Virus record (IMG/VR): IMGVR_UViG_3300021440_000003
Location: 1-64,000 of that record
Strand: one strand, 5' to 3'
Origin: a virus
Length of the DNA stretch: 64,000 bases
Shown: piece by piece, positions 56,192 through 64,000 of the stretch
Position numbering within the stretch: position 1 is the stretch's first letter
Layout of the letters: each line of letters opens with the position of its first letter
Program-made: the position numbers and the translations under genes
Notes under the pieces: model-generated
What the model saw: the letters and a program-made list of their open reading frames with translations, nothing else
Database searches by the model: none
Told to the model about the DNA's origin: nothing

Positions 56192-56692
56192 TTAGGCCAA
56201 GATGTCTGTAAGCAATAGGGCGAGAATATCATCATCCGACAAGTCATGACGCCCTTCCGCGAGGATTTTACCCACTTGTGTCGCATGTTCCACGTACACC
56301 ACACGAGTTTGTGCTGCTCCACTGGCCAGCAAGTCTCCAGCTTCATACTCGTGCACCGCTGGAAGCAGGCGTACTTGGGCGCTGCCTGATGCCGTGATCT
56401 CACCAATCAGGTGGTCGTATCGGACTGCCGGAATCTTGATCTCGGCAGACACAAACTTCATGGTCGCCGGGGCGTACTTGTGCAAGCCGCGCAACGGCCC
56501 GTCAAGTGTCTTCGGTACGGCGGTGGGCGCGAACCCTTGAACGGCCAGCAGCTGCGGGCTGTACCCAACACCTTGGACCGACACCGGGTTGTGATGCCCG
56601 GCAATAATCAAGCCGATCAGGCCAGCGGCCGCTACCTGAGCGACCCCGAAGCCAATACCTTGGGCCGCTGTGGCCCTTGGGTTGATTCTCAC
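56192..56692 (-). CDS. Hypothetical protein
   Basis: Coupled ORF with an internal A.QG.G repeat. Confidence 0.6.
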   Translation of the reverse strand: MRINPRATAAQGIGFGVAQVAAAGLIGLIIAGHHNPVSVQGVGYSPQLLAVQGFAPTAVPKTLDGPLRGLHKYAPATMKFVSAEIKIPAVRYDHLIGEITASGSAQVRLLPAVHEYEAGDLLASGAAQTRVVYVEHATQVGKILAEGRHDLSDDDILALLLTDILA

Positions 56693-57591
56693 GCCGTGCG
56701 CGTAACGGTCACGATGCCGTTCACGTCCGTGATGCTCTGCACCATATCACCCGCCAGTCGGGTATCCACCGAGACCACCAATGGAACAGCTGGGTCAAGG
56801 CCGTGGATTTCGTACATGCGGCGCAGGTAGTCGTGCTCCACCGGGGTGAGGCCAACACCATTGGCCAGCGTGGTGCCCACGCCCAGCATGGCATCCTTGG
56901 CCGTCGTCGTGCTGTTGAGCAGGTATTCCCACGTGGCTTGAGCAATCTGTTGCAGCGGGGGCGTGGACGAGTAGTCGCCAGAGGCAAGCCTGGTGGACAC
57001 AGCCACATCAAGTTTGGCCAGCTCGACAGCCAGCTCGGTACGTACCGCAGCAGGCATGAGGTCGATGAGCGTGGATAGGTGGTCGAACTCGGCCATGTAG
57101 ATCCCCTGCCTTGTGTCAGCTTGTGCGGTGGTTTCCAGTGCAGCGAAATCTGTGGCAAGTGCCAGCTTGACGGCTGCCGCGATGTCAATGGCCGTCGGGC
57201 CTTGGTTAACGCCGCCAGCCGTAGCGATGGTGATGGCCTGCACCGGCTGCTGGCGATTGATCTGAACGGTGAAATTGCCCAGCGTGGGCACGAAGGCATC
57301 AGCCGCGCCACCATCGACGAGCAGCACACCACCCGTCACGTTGAGGGTGTGGTCAGCTTCTTGAGGACGGATGCGCCATCCGTTCATCAAGTAGCAGTAA
57401 TACGGGATGTACGTCCCAGCCGTAGCGTCGATGGGGTCACCACCGATGATGCTGAAGGCTGGGAGGTACTTGCTGTTGTCAGCAGTGGAATGCCAGCGAA
57501 CCCAATCGCTCCACAGGTCTTGAACCGAGAGGCTCGTCGTCCCTGTGGTGAGCGTAATCAGCCGGGTTTGGCCGTCGAATTGGGTTGCCAT
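56689..57591 (-). CDS. Hypothetical virion-associated protein
   Basis: 300-aa ORF in the late operon. Confidence 0.65.
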   Translation of the reverse strand: MATQFDGQTRLITLTTGTTSLSVQDLWSDWVRWHSTADNSKYLPAFSIIGGDPIDATAGTYIPYYCYLMNGWRIRPQEADHTLNVTGGVLLVDGGAADAFVPTLGNFTVQINRQQPVQAITIATAGGVNQGPTAIDIAAAVKLALATDFAALETTAQADTRQGIYMAEFDHLSTLIDLMPAAVRTELAVELAKLDVAVSTRLASGDYSSTPPLQQIAQATWEYLLNSTTTAKDAMLGVGTTLANGVGLTPVEHDYLRRMYEIHGLDPAVPLVVSVDTRLAGDMVQSITDVNGIVTVTRTA

Positions 57592-57603
57592 GCAAAAAGC
57601 CTT

Positions 57604-58989
57604 TTACAAGTAGGCGCGGTCTTGTTCCGCGACCAGAGCAATTGTAATGCCCTTGGCTCGCGTAATGGTTGCACCGAATTGTACAGGTTTGGCACTGCCG
57701 GGGCGACCAGCGATCACGGTCACATTCGCGTCAGTACCTGCTGTACGGCCACCCTGCGAGTTGCCGTCGTAGTCGTACGTGAAGGTGATAGCGCCCGTGA
57801 ACGAGCCTGCGATGTCCACACCAGCTGCGTCCTTGACGGTGACTGCACCAGACTCGCCGAAGTCGTCCAGCACGCCTGGCAGCGTGGTGAAGAACATGCG
57901 GTAGTAGCTGCCAGCACCGATGAGGGGGCTGTTGGGCACAATGCTACCAGCCGACAGGTAGGAGTAGTAGCGGTCAACGCTGTTCTGATCCTTGAACACG
58001 ACACGGTTGATGTCGTTGGCGTTGATGTTGTTGATGAACACGCCCTGCGTGGTCTTGAGCGTGTCACCCTCGAAGGACAGCAGCGCGTCGGCGGTCTTGC
58101 CGATCACAGTGCCCGAGCCTTGGTCGATGTCGCTGTTCTGGCGAAGCAGGTACTGCACCTTGGTGTAAATCTGCTCCAGAGTAGCGCCGTTGCCCTCGAC
58201 AACAACGCGGAACGGGTAGTTCGTGCCGTTGATCGACTTGTTCTGGTTGGACGCGTAGTAGGTGACGTTGATTCCGCTGTAGGGTGCGCTGCTCATGGCG
58301 GCGTCAGCAGCGGAGATCTTCGTGTCAACCTCGTTGGACAAGAGCAAGTTGACGATGTACGCACCTGTACCAGTCTTGCCGGTGTCGGAGAGCACGCTGT
58401 CCTTGTACTTGTAGCCCTGCTCGCGCACGAAGCCACGGAAGTACGCACGGTTGTCAAAAGCGCCGTTGGTGGAGTCACCGTACACCTGCACGCCAATGTT
58501 GGCCGCGTCGGTGAAAGTGAAGTCGGTGGCCGCGCCGCCGCTGGTTTTTTGGTAGTACAACTGTGAGCCGGTGTTGACCGTGCCCAGAGACACGATGCCC
58601 ACGTACACGCGGTTGAGCGTGCCGGTGCTGGTGATCGCGCCGGGGGTGGTGGGACTCCACTCCTCCCAGCCACCATCGCGCATCATGTTGCGCGTGGCAT
58701 CATCTGCGGGCTTCCAGCCGGTGTAGAACTGACCATCGAAACCGAAACGATACTGACCTGAGAGTGCGTCAATAGCGTACATAACAAAAGGTGAGTCTTG
58801 ATATGACGCGGTTTGCCAGAGTTCGATGAACTTTGAGTAAACAGCTTGTAAACTGACACCATCCTTGGCGATAAGGCCGTTGGTTGTCGCACCAGTCGCA
58901 CTAGCTACCAATGTGAACGTACGATTCGTCTCGTCAATCGTCAGGTTTGTCCCGACGATCAGTTGAGAGCGGTTGGTTAACTTCGCCAT
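57604..58989 (-). CDS. Hypothetical virion-associated protein
   Basis: 461 aa, Thr/Gly-rich; ends QDRAYL. Confidence 0.7.
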   Translation of the reverse strand: MAKLTNRSQLIVGTNLTIDETNRTFTLVASATGATTNGLIAKDGVSLQAVYSKFIELWQTASYQDSPFVMYAIDALSGQYRFGFDGQFYTGWKPADDATRNMMRDGGWEEWSPTTPGAITSTGTLNRVYVGIVSLGTVNTGSQLYYQKTSGGAATDFTFTDAANIGVQVYGDSTNGAFDNRAYFRGFVREQGYKYKDSVLSDTGKTGTGAYIVNLLLSNEVDTKISAADAAMSSAPYSGINVTYYASNQNKSINGTNYPFRVVVEGNGATLEQIYTKVQYLLRQNSDIDQGSGTVIGKTADALLSFEGDTLKTTQGVFINNINANDINRVVFKDQNSVDRYYSYLSAGSIVPNSPLIGAGSYYRMFFTTLPGVLDDFGESGAVTVKDAAGVDIAGSFTGAITFTYDYDGNSQGGRTAGTDANVTVIAGRPGSAKPVQFGATITRAKGITIALVAEQDRAYL

Positions 58990-59010
58990 GACATGAGCCT
59001 TTCAAGTTGG

Positions 59011-61641
59011 TTAAGCGAATACGCGGTCTACAGTTTGTGCCACAGGGATTGTGGCGGCGGTTGTCGTGAGTTGGTAGTTCCTTATGTAATAAGGTACGTA
59101 TCCGCTCAAGAAAATTCCAATGTCAATCGGTTGGGTCGTCGTGTAGCCGTAGGTGTAGCTCGACGACGGCACGCTGTCCCCGGTGTCAAGCACCGTGGTC
59201 GTGCCCGCTTGGTACACCACCACGTCTGACCCCGGCTGCACACCAGTAACCGTCAAGCCCACCGTGTCAAGCGGGTACAGCGCGGCATTTTGCAGGGCAA
59301 GTGTCGTGGTGCCGTTTACCACCATTGTGGTAATGACGTTGCTGGTGCTGGCAATGGTGCAAGTGATGCGGAACCGGAACTTCAAGCCTGTGGTCGGGCT
59401 GATGCCAGTCTCGGCAGCCAGGTTGGCGTTGCTCAGGGTCTTGAACGTGCCCGAGAAGCCAGCACCCTTGTCCATGTCGTACTGGATGGTGTGGTTGTTG
59501 GGCACGTTCGTGCCCGTGGTAGCGAACGACGTTGCACCGTTCCAGCCCAGCATGAAGTACGGCATCGTCCAGGTGATCTGGTCGCCCACGGACTGCATCA
59601 CGATGGAGCCGGTGCTCGTGAACTTCGGCGTGCCGCTGTCCACGGTGTACGTGCCCGACGTGGATGTGGACTTCTCGGTGAAGACAAGGGCTACCCGCGT
59701 CGTGGTGTCGCTGGTAAAGCTGTCCCAGAAGTGCATACCGTCAACGTGCGTGTAGGACGTAGGTACAGAACCGCTGTTCTGCCGGTTGCCGCGCACAGTG
59801 CTGTTGTACCAGTTCGGGCCTTGCGTCAAGGTGGCGTCGGTGTTGTAGCAGTTCTGGAACCTGATGCTCTGCGTGGTATTCGTGCTCGACGCCAAGCCGA
59901 TGCGCAGGTTGGTTAGCCAGTTGCGCTGGAACCGGATGTTCTTGTTCAGGCCGCCATCCGCGAACAGGTAGCCGGAACGGGCGTTCGCCACGCTGCCCCC
60001 ATCCAGAGGAGATGCAGATGAGCCAAGCCCCGTCACCAGCAGATCGGAGCAGGTGTTCATATACACCCAACCGCCCAACGGATGCACGTTGGCCACCCCC
60101 GGCCAAGTTGCCACATTGGTCAGGATGCCAGCTCGGCAGTTAGCCATCAGCTCGACCGCCTGCGTAGAAACGGTCGTGTTGGTGGTCGTCGCCTTCGGGT
60201 TGTCGGCGTAGTACACATTCGTCACAGACCAGTTCGAACAAGCCGACATGATGAGGCGCTTGCCCACCAGGTACAGGTTGGTCACGGTGATGGAGTCGCA
60301 GGTGTTGATGAACACCGGCCCGGCCAGCGCGGTAGCGTCTTGCGCGAACATGCCCTTCACGTTGTCCAGAGTCCACCCACCGTACAAGTTCACGAAGTAG
60401 ATCGCATAGCCTGCGGTGCTGATCTGCTGGGCGCGAACGCCAGTCAAGCGCTTGGCGGTGCCACCAGTCAGGCACTGCTGGAACACAATGGCGTTGGAGG
60501 CATACGAGGTGGCTTGGTTGGACAAGCCGACCATCACCCCGTCGATGTCTGGAGGTGTCGAGGGCTCACCAAGCACGAACTGCTCGCAGGTGTGCATGTC
60601 CCGGATATACACCGAGTACGCCTGCTGGATGTTCATGTACCAGCAACCGGACACGCGCCGAATGTCCACAGCGCCGGACGAGTTCGTGGCAAGCTCATAG
60701 CGGGTGCCCATCGTCAAGCTGGGGGTGGTGTTGACTGCGTACCCGACTACGCCATTGGTGCTCGACGTGACGATGTTGGGCAAGCGGATTTTGCACCCTG
60801 CGGCGGGCAGGTCCCCGGCGTTCGCGCTGTTCGTGTCGAGGCCGAACGTCAGCAGGCCAGTCGAGTTCACCCAGCAAAAGCGGGAGCGGGAGTCCGTGCC
60901 GAGGTTCGCTGCGAGAAACATCTGACCGGCATTCGGCCAGTGATCGTACACACCAGAGCCGGGGGCCGTCTCCACTTCGACGCCAGGGTAACCCATCGTC
61001 TGCAAGGACGCGCCCTGCACGAAGGCCGGAAGCTGGACGGTCTGCCCACGCACACCACTAGTGGTAGCCAAGGTGCCCGCGTCGTCGATGATCGGGTAGA
61101 ACCAGTCACCGTTGATGGTCAGCTTGTTGAGCCGGTTGACCGTCAAGGTCATGGACTCCACGCCCACCACCTCGATGAAACTGCGAATGGGCGCGACGGC
61201 AATCGTCACGACCTGGCCAGAAGACAAGGTGGCCGGGCCAGTCGTGAACGTTCCGCCCGTCATGCCGCGCAACTTGATCCAAGCACCCGTCGTCCAGACG
61301 CCGCCGGAAGCGGTAACCGCACCCCCATGGCGCTGCATGGCGATCAGGAACTCCGCCGTCACACCACCCTGCGTGATCGTCACGCCGGATGCAGGCACAG
61401 TACCAGTGGCAGCAGACACGTACATCTGCCAGACGTTGTTGCCGTCAATGGTCATCGTCCCGCCAAGGGTCGATGACAGTGAGATGTTGGCGAAGGGGCC
61501 GGTCGTAACTGTGCAGTTCGGCCCGTACCTGGTATCACTATCAACAGTCAGTGAACCACCGTTAACATTGTACGTGTCAGAACCTGTCTTTCCAGACAAG
61601 GCGGTGAAGTTCTGCGCTGTAGTGATCGTGAATGTTGCCAT
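59011..61641 (-). CDS. Large beta-rich (beta-helix-like) virion protein
   Basis: 876 aa, Thr/Asn-rich; ends VDRVFA. Confidence 0.7.
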   Translation of the reverse strand: MATFTITTAQNFTALSGKTGSDTYNVNGGSLTVDSDTRYGPNCTVTTGPFANISLSSTLGGTMTIDGNNVWQMYVSAATGTVPASGVTITQGGVTAEFLIAMQRHGGAVTASGGVWTTGAWIKLRGMTGGTFTTGPATLSSGQVVTIAVAPIRSFIEVVGVESMTLTVNRLNKLTINGDWFYPIIDDAGTLATTSGVRGQTVQLPAFVQGASLQTMGYPGVEVETAPGSGVYDHWPNAGQMFLAANLGTDSRSRFCWVNSTGLLTFGLDTNSANAGDLPAAGCKIRLPNIVTSSTNGVVGYAVNTTPSLTMGTRYELATNSSGAVDIRRVSGCWYMNIQQAYSVYIRDMHTCEQFVLGEPSTPPDIDGVMVGLSNQATSYASNAIVFQQCLTGGTAKRLTGVRAQQISTAGYAIYFVNLYGGWTLDNVKGMFAQDATALAGPVFINTCDSITVTNLYLVGKRLIMSACSNWSVTNVYYADNPKATTTNTTVSTQAVELMANCRAGILTNVATWPGVANVHPLGGWVYMNTCSDLLVTGLGSSASPLDGGSVANARSGYLFADGGLNKNIRFQRNWLTNLRIGLASSTNTTQSIRFQNCYNTDATLTQGPNWYNSTVRGNRQNSGSVPTSYTHVDGMHFWDSFTSDTTTRVALVFTEKSTSTSGTYTVDSGTPKFTSTGSIVMQSVGDQITWTMPYFMLGWNGATSFATTGTNVPNNHTIQYDMDKGAGFSGTFKTLSNANLAAETGISPTTGLKFRFRITCTIASTSNVITTMVVNGTTTLALQNAALYPLDTVGLTVTGVQPGSDVVVYQAGTTTVLDTGDSVPSSSYTYGYTTTQPIDIGIFLSGYVPYYIRNYQLTTTAATIPVAQTVDRVFA

Positions 61642-61644
61642 CGC

Positions 61645-61824
61645 TTACCCCAAAATAGGCCATTTGTTGAGCGGGCACTTGGAGTTCGTCAGCAACATCT
61701 TGCCTGACAAGGGACACTTGCACTTGCCGCACACCGGGCGACCAAACAGCATGACGCGTTCTGCACACCCGGTGCAGATGGATTCTCGACGTTCGCGCTG
61801 CTCTTTGGTCGTGATAATGCTCAT
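61645..61824 (-). CDS. Small Cys-rich protein (DUF6171-like), 59 aa
   Basis: Hand-translated: RRESICTGC...CGKCKCPL..K....SKCPLNKW. Confidence 0.65.
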   Translation of the reverse strand: MSIITTKEQRERRESICTGCAERVMLFGRPVCGKCKCPLSGKMLLTNSKCPLNKWPILG

Positions 61825-62162
61825 TCCGTGGCCCTGCCAGCGATTAACTGTCGCATGCGCTCCGCATCCGACTCAACACTGGGATTGTATGCGCGAAAGT
61901 TGCCGCCGTGCCCGATGGCCAAGTGGCAGTTGATGAACTTCGTGCCTTCGCACAAAGTGATAAGATTTGTCAGTTCCAACTCCAGCTCAGGCTGCAAGTG
62001 AAACGGTTTCTTGTGATGCACTTCCACTTTGTCAGTACCACCGCACACGGCACACGCCGGGTACATGGCCAAGTGGCGCTTACGGGTGGTGGGCCATTTA
62101 GACGATCGCTTGTTACCCAAGTCGGTCTTGCCCTGTGCTACGTCAATCAAGTGGGTCAGCAT
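61821..62162 (-). CDS. HNH endonuclease
   Basis: CAVCG..EVHHKKP...NLITLC...CH...H. Confidence 0.85.
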   Translation of the reverse strand: MLTHLIDVAQGKTDLGNKRSSKWPTTRKRHLAMYPACAVCGGTDKVEVHHKKPFHLQPELELELTNLITLCEGTKFINCHLAIGHGGNFRAYNPSVESDAERMRQLIAGRATE

Positions 62163-62186
62163 CTTAGCCTCCGATGCAAGTCGTCC

Positions 62187-62224
62187 AGAAAAGGGGTCAG
62201 CCTTGTGAGCCGACCCCCTTTCTC
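62187..62224. terminator. Terminator-like hairpin
   Basis: AGAAAAGGGGTC...GACCCCCTTTCT. Confidence 0.55.
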
Positions 62225-62228
62225 AGGC

Positions 62229-63083
62229 TCAGTCAGCCAAGCCCATGCGACCACGCATTGCAGCGCGGAAGCTGTGACCAATCACGGCGCAGTTGATGTT
62301 CTGGACTTCAACTTTGGTGAGGTAGGTGTTGCCAGCAGCGGCGACATCCGAAGCCAGAGCGGCGACGGCGGCGTTGGCAGTGGCAGCAGAGGTTCCAGCG
62401 GTGGTTGCAGCGGCCTGAGCAGCAGCAGCGTTAGCCAGAGCGGTCTGAGCCGTAGCAGCAGCGGCTTCGGCAGTAGCTTGGGCAGCGGCAATGCCAGCGG
62501 CTTGGGTTTGCAGGGCCTCTACGGCAGCTTGCAGGCTGGAGATCTGGCTGGATTGGTTCGCGTCGTTGCCGGTCAGGTTGGCGACGGCGGTGTTCAGCGT
62601 GGCGATGCTGGCAGCGATGGCAGCGCAGTCACACGCACCGGCTTGACCAGCGTCAATAGCAGCTTGAATCGTCACCAGAGACTGGGCCATGTTGTCCACT
62701 TGGGACTGCACTTGGGCGATCTGGGCAGCGTTGGCGGAGTCGCCGTCGATGCGGTTCTGGGTCTCGGCAGCGAGAGCAGCCTGCACACCAGCAACGGTAG
62801 CAGCCAGGTCAGCAACAGCGGTCGAACCTTCGAGGCTCGTCACGCGGCCAGCCAGAGCGGTCAGCTGGGCCACGATGGCCTGGGCAGAAGCAGCGTCACC
62901 GGCAGTGTTGGCGGACAGCAAGCTGTTCAGGGTGTTGATCTGGGCTTGAACAGCGGCGATGTCAACGCCTTCAAGGGCCAGAACGGCGTTGATTTTTTCA
63001 TTGACCGCGAGACCAACTTCGTCACCGAAGGTGGTAGCGATACACTGAATCAAGACGGTCAAGTCGTCGTTATAGGCAGCCAT
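62229..63083 (-). CDS. Ala-rich coiled-coil protein (fibre/whisker-like)
   Basis: Heptad-like Ala/Gln pattern, ACDC motif, SD AAAGGA. Confidence 0.7.
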   Translation of the reverse strand: MAAYNDDLTVLIQCIATTFGDEVGLAVNEKINAVLALEGVDIAAVQAQINTLNSLLSANTAGDAASAQAIVAQLTALAGRVTSLEGSTAVADLAATVAGVQAALAAETQNRIDGDSANAAQIAQVQSQVDNMAQSLVTIQAAIDAGQAGACDCAAIAASIATLNTAVANLTGNDANQSSQISSLQAAVEALQTQAAGIAAAQATAEAAAATAQTALANAAAAQAAATTAGTSAATANAAVAALASDVAAAGNTYLTKVEVQNINCAVIGHSFRAAMRGRMGLAD

Positions 63084-63115
63084 GGAAATTTCCTTTGCAA
63101 AAGATTTTCCACCAC

Positions 63116-63292
63116 TTACGCGGGTGGGTTAGCGTCACCAGTGCAAGCCGTACCGTCGAGCACGGCTTGCAGTTGTTGAATCCGTGCCACCTGCGCCGCC
63201 ACCTCAGCTTCAATCATGCAGCGCAGGATGTCGCCTATCTGAGCACCCACATCCGCAAACGCACAGTTGAGCTTTTCCTCAAGTTCGTTCAT
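63116..63292 (-). CDS. Small helical protein, 58 aa
   Basis: Hand-translated MNELEEKLNCAFADVGAQIGDILRC... Confidence 0.55.
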   Translation of the reverse strand: MNELEEKLNCAFADVGAQIGDILRCMIEAEVAAQVARIQQLQAVLDGTACTGDANPPA

Positions 63293-63307
63293 TTAAAGTC
63301 CAGTGCT

Positions 63308-63697
63308 TCAGAGGTAGATGGCGAAGTCGCTCAAGTGTACCTTGAAAGTATCGTTGGTCGAACTGACATCTTCACCAAGATCAAAGACAAGCAGGGTCTT
63401 GTAGTCCGAGTAAATCTGGCCGTATCGGGCACGGATGGTCGCCCCTTTCCAAGCCGCCATACCGGAAAACTGAAGGACTGCGAACTCCCCGTCCGTTCCG
63501 ACCACTGGGCCGGCGATCTGCACACCCCCGGCCCGGTACCCCTGGGCCTTGATCTCGTTGACGGTGCTGTACTTGGCCGTCGTGATAGGCAAGGGCTCGC
63601 GGAACAAGGCCAGGTAGTACGTACCGTGCTTCCAGTCCCCGGCCAGCATCGCCTTGCGGGCTGGCGTGACCCACTTAGCGCTGCTCGTCATCGTCAT
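63308..63697 (-). CDS. Hypothetical virion protein
   Basis: YYLALF...NEI...GYRAGG motif seen in phage structural proteins. Confidence 0.6.
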   Translation of the reverse strand: MTMTSSAKWVTPARKAMLAGDWKHGTYYLALFREPLPITTAKYSTVNEIKAQGYRAGGVQIAGPVVGTDGEFAVLQFSGMAAWKGATIRARYGQIYSDYKTLLVFDLGEDVSSTNDTFKVHLSDFAIYL

Positions 63698-64000
63698 GCT
63701 CCATCACAATAGATGAGAGTCGGCCGTCCTCGTCCCGTGTGACCTTCAAGGTCTTCGGGCCGCGTTCCTTGAGCAGGGTCAGCTTGACCTCGCTGGGGGC
63801 CACGCTCACGTTCACGGGCTGGCGCGACTGGCTGGCCACCGCATTTTGCATGGCCCAAGCCAGATCGGACACGGACTTCGTGGTGTTGTCCGTCGTCTGC
63901 TTGGCATGAGCCAGCGCGTCCTGCGCGAGCGAGTGGCTGTTGTGCAGCATCGCCGTCAAGTTGGGATCGACCTCCGCCTTCGCCGGGCCTTTGGGCTGCT
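63675..64000 (-). CDS. 3' part of a gene starting beyond the window
   Basis: Frame open to the window edge; ends VTRDEDGRLSSIV. Confidence 0.55.
   Translation of the reverse strand, partial: QPKGPAKAEVDPNLTAMLHNSHSLAQDALAHAKQTTDNTTKSVSDLAWAMQNAVASQSRQPVNVSVAPSEVKLTLLKERGPKTLKVTRDEDGRLSSIVMEHDDDEQR

Noticed and set aside
1-64000. tRNA/rRNA genes, integrase, terminase
   Set aside because: None recognisable by eye; they may lie outside the window or need a covariance/HMM search

Overview
A 64-kb stretch of a tailed dsDNA phage genome (siphovirus-like; no integrase, terminase or portal is recognisable within the window). The + strand arm (1-32.1 kb) has an AT-rich non-coding left end and an early region. 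That region contains a DUF6745-like gene, a MoxR-type AAA+ ATPase and an HEXXH-metallopeptidase/VWA gene, interleaved with two arrays of translationally coupled 30-86 aa micro-ORFs. About 19 such ORFs were decoded by hand; the 5' members are built from a 12-bp/4-aa V-W-D-Q repeat and the 3' members are diverged. Next come small early genes, two TnpB-carrying insertion sequences (RHH+TnpB of the IS200/IS605 type, and IS607) and a replication/recombination module (SNF2-like helicase, AEP primase fusion, DnaQ exonuclease, MazG, PolA, ThyX, ligase, resolvase, Mre11/Rad50, dATP/dGTP diphosphohydrolase). The - strand arm (32.1-64 kb) encodes lysis, tail, head-tail, major capsid, S49 protease and a block of large uncharacterised virion-like genes. 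The best candidate for an undescribed system is the DUF6745-like / AAA+ / VWA-peptidase locus with its expanding, diversifying microprotein library (1179-7850). All family assignments are from motif recognition by eye; no searches were run.
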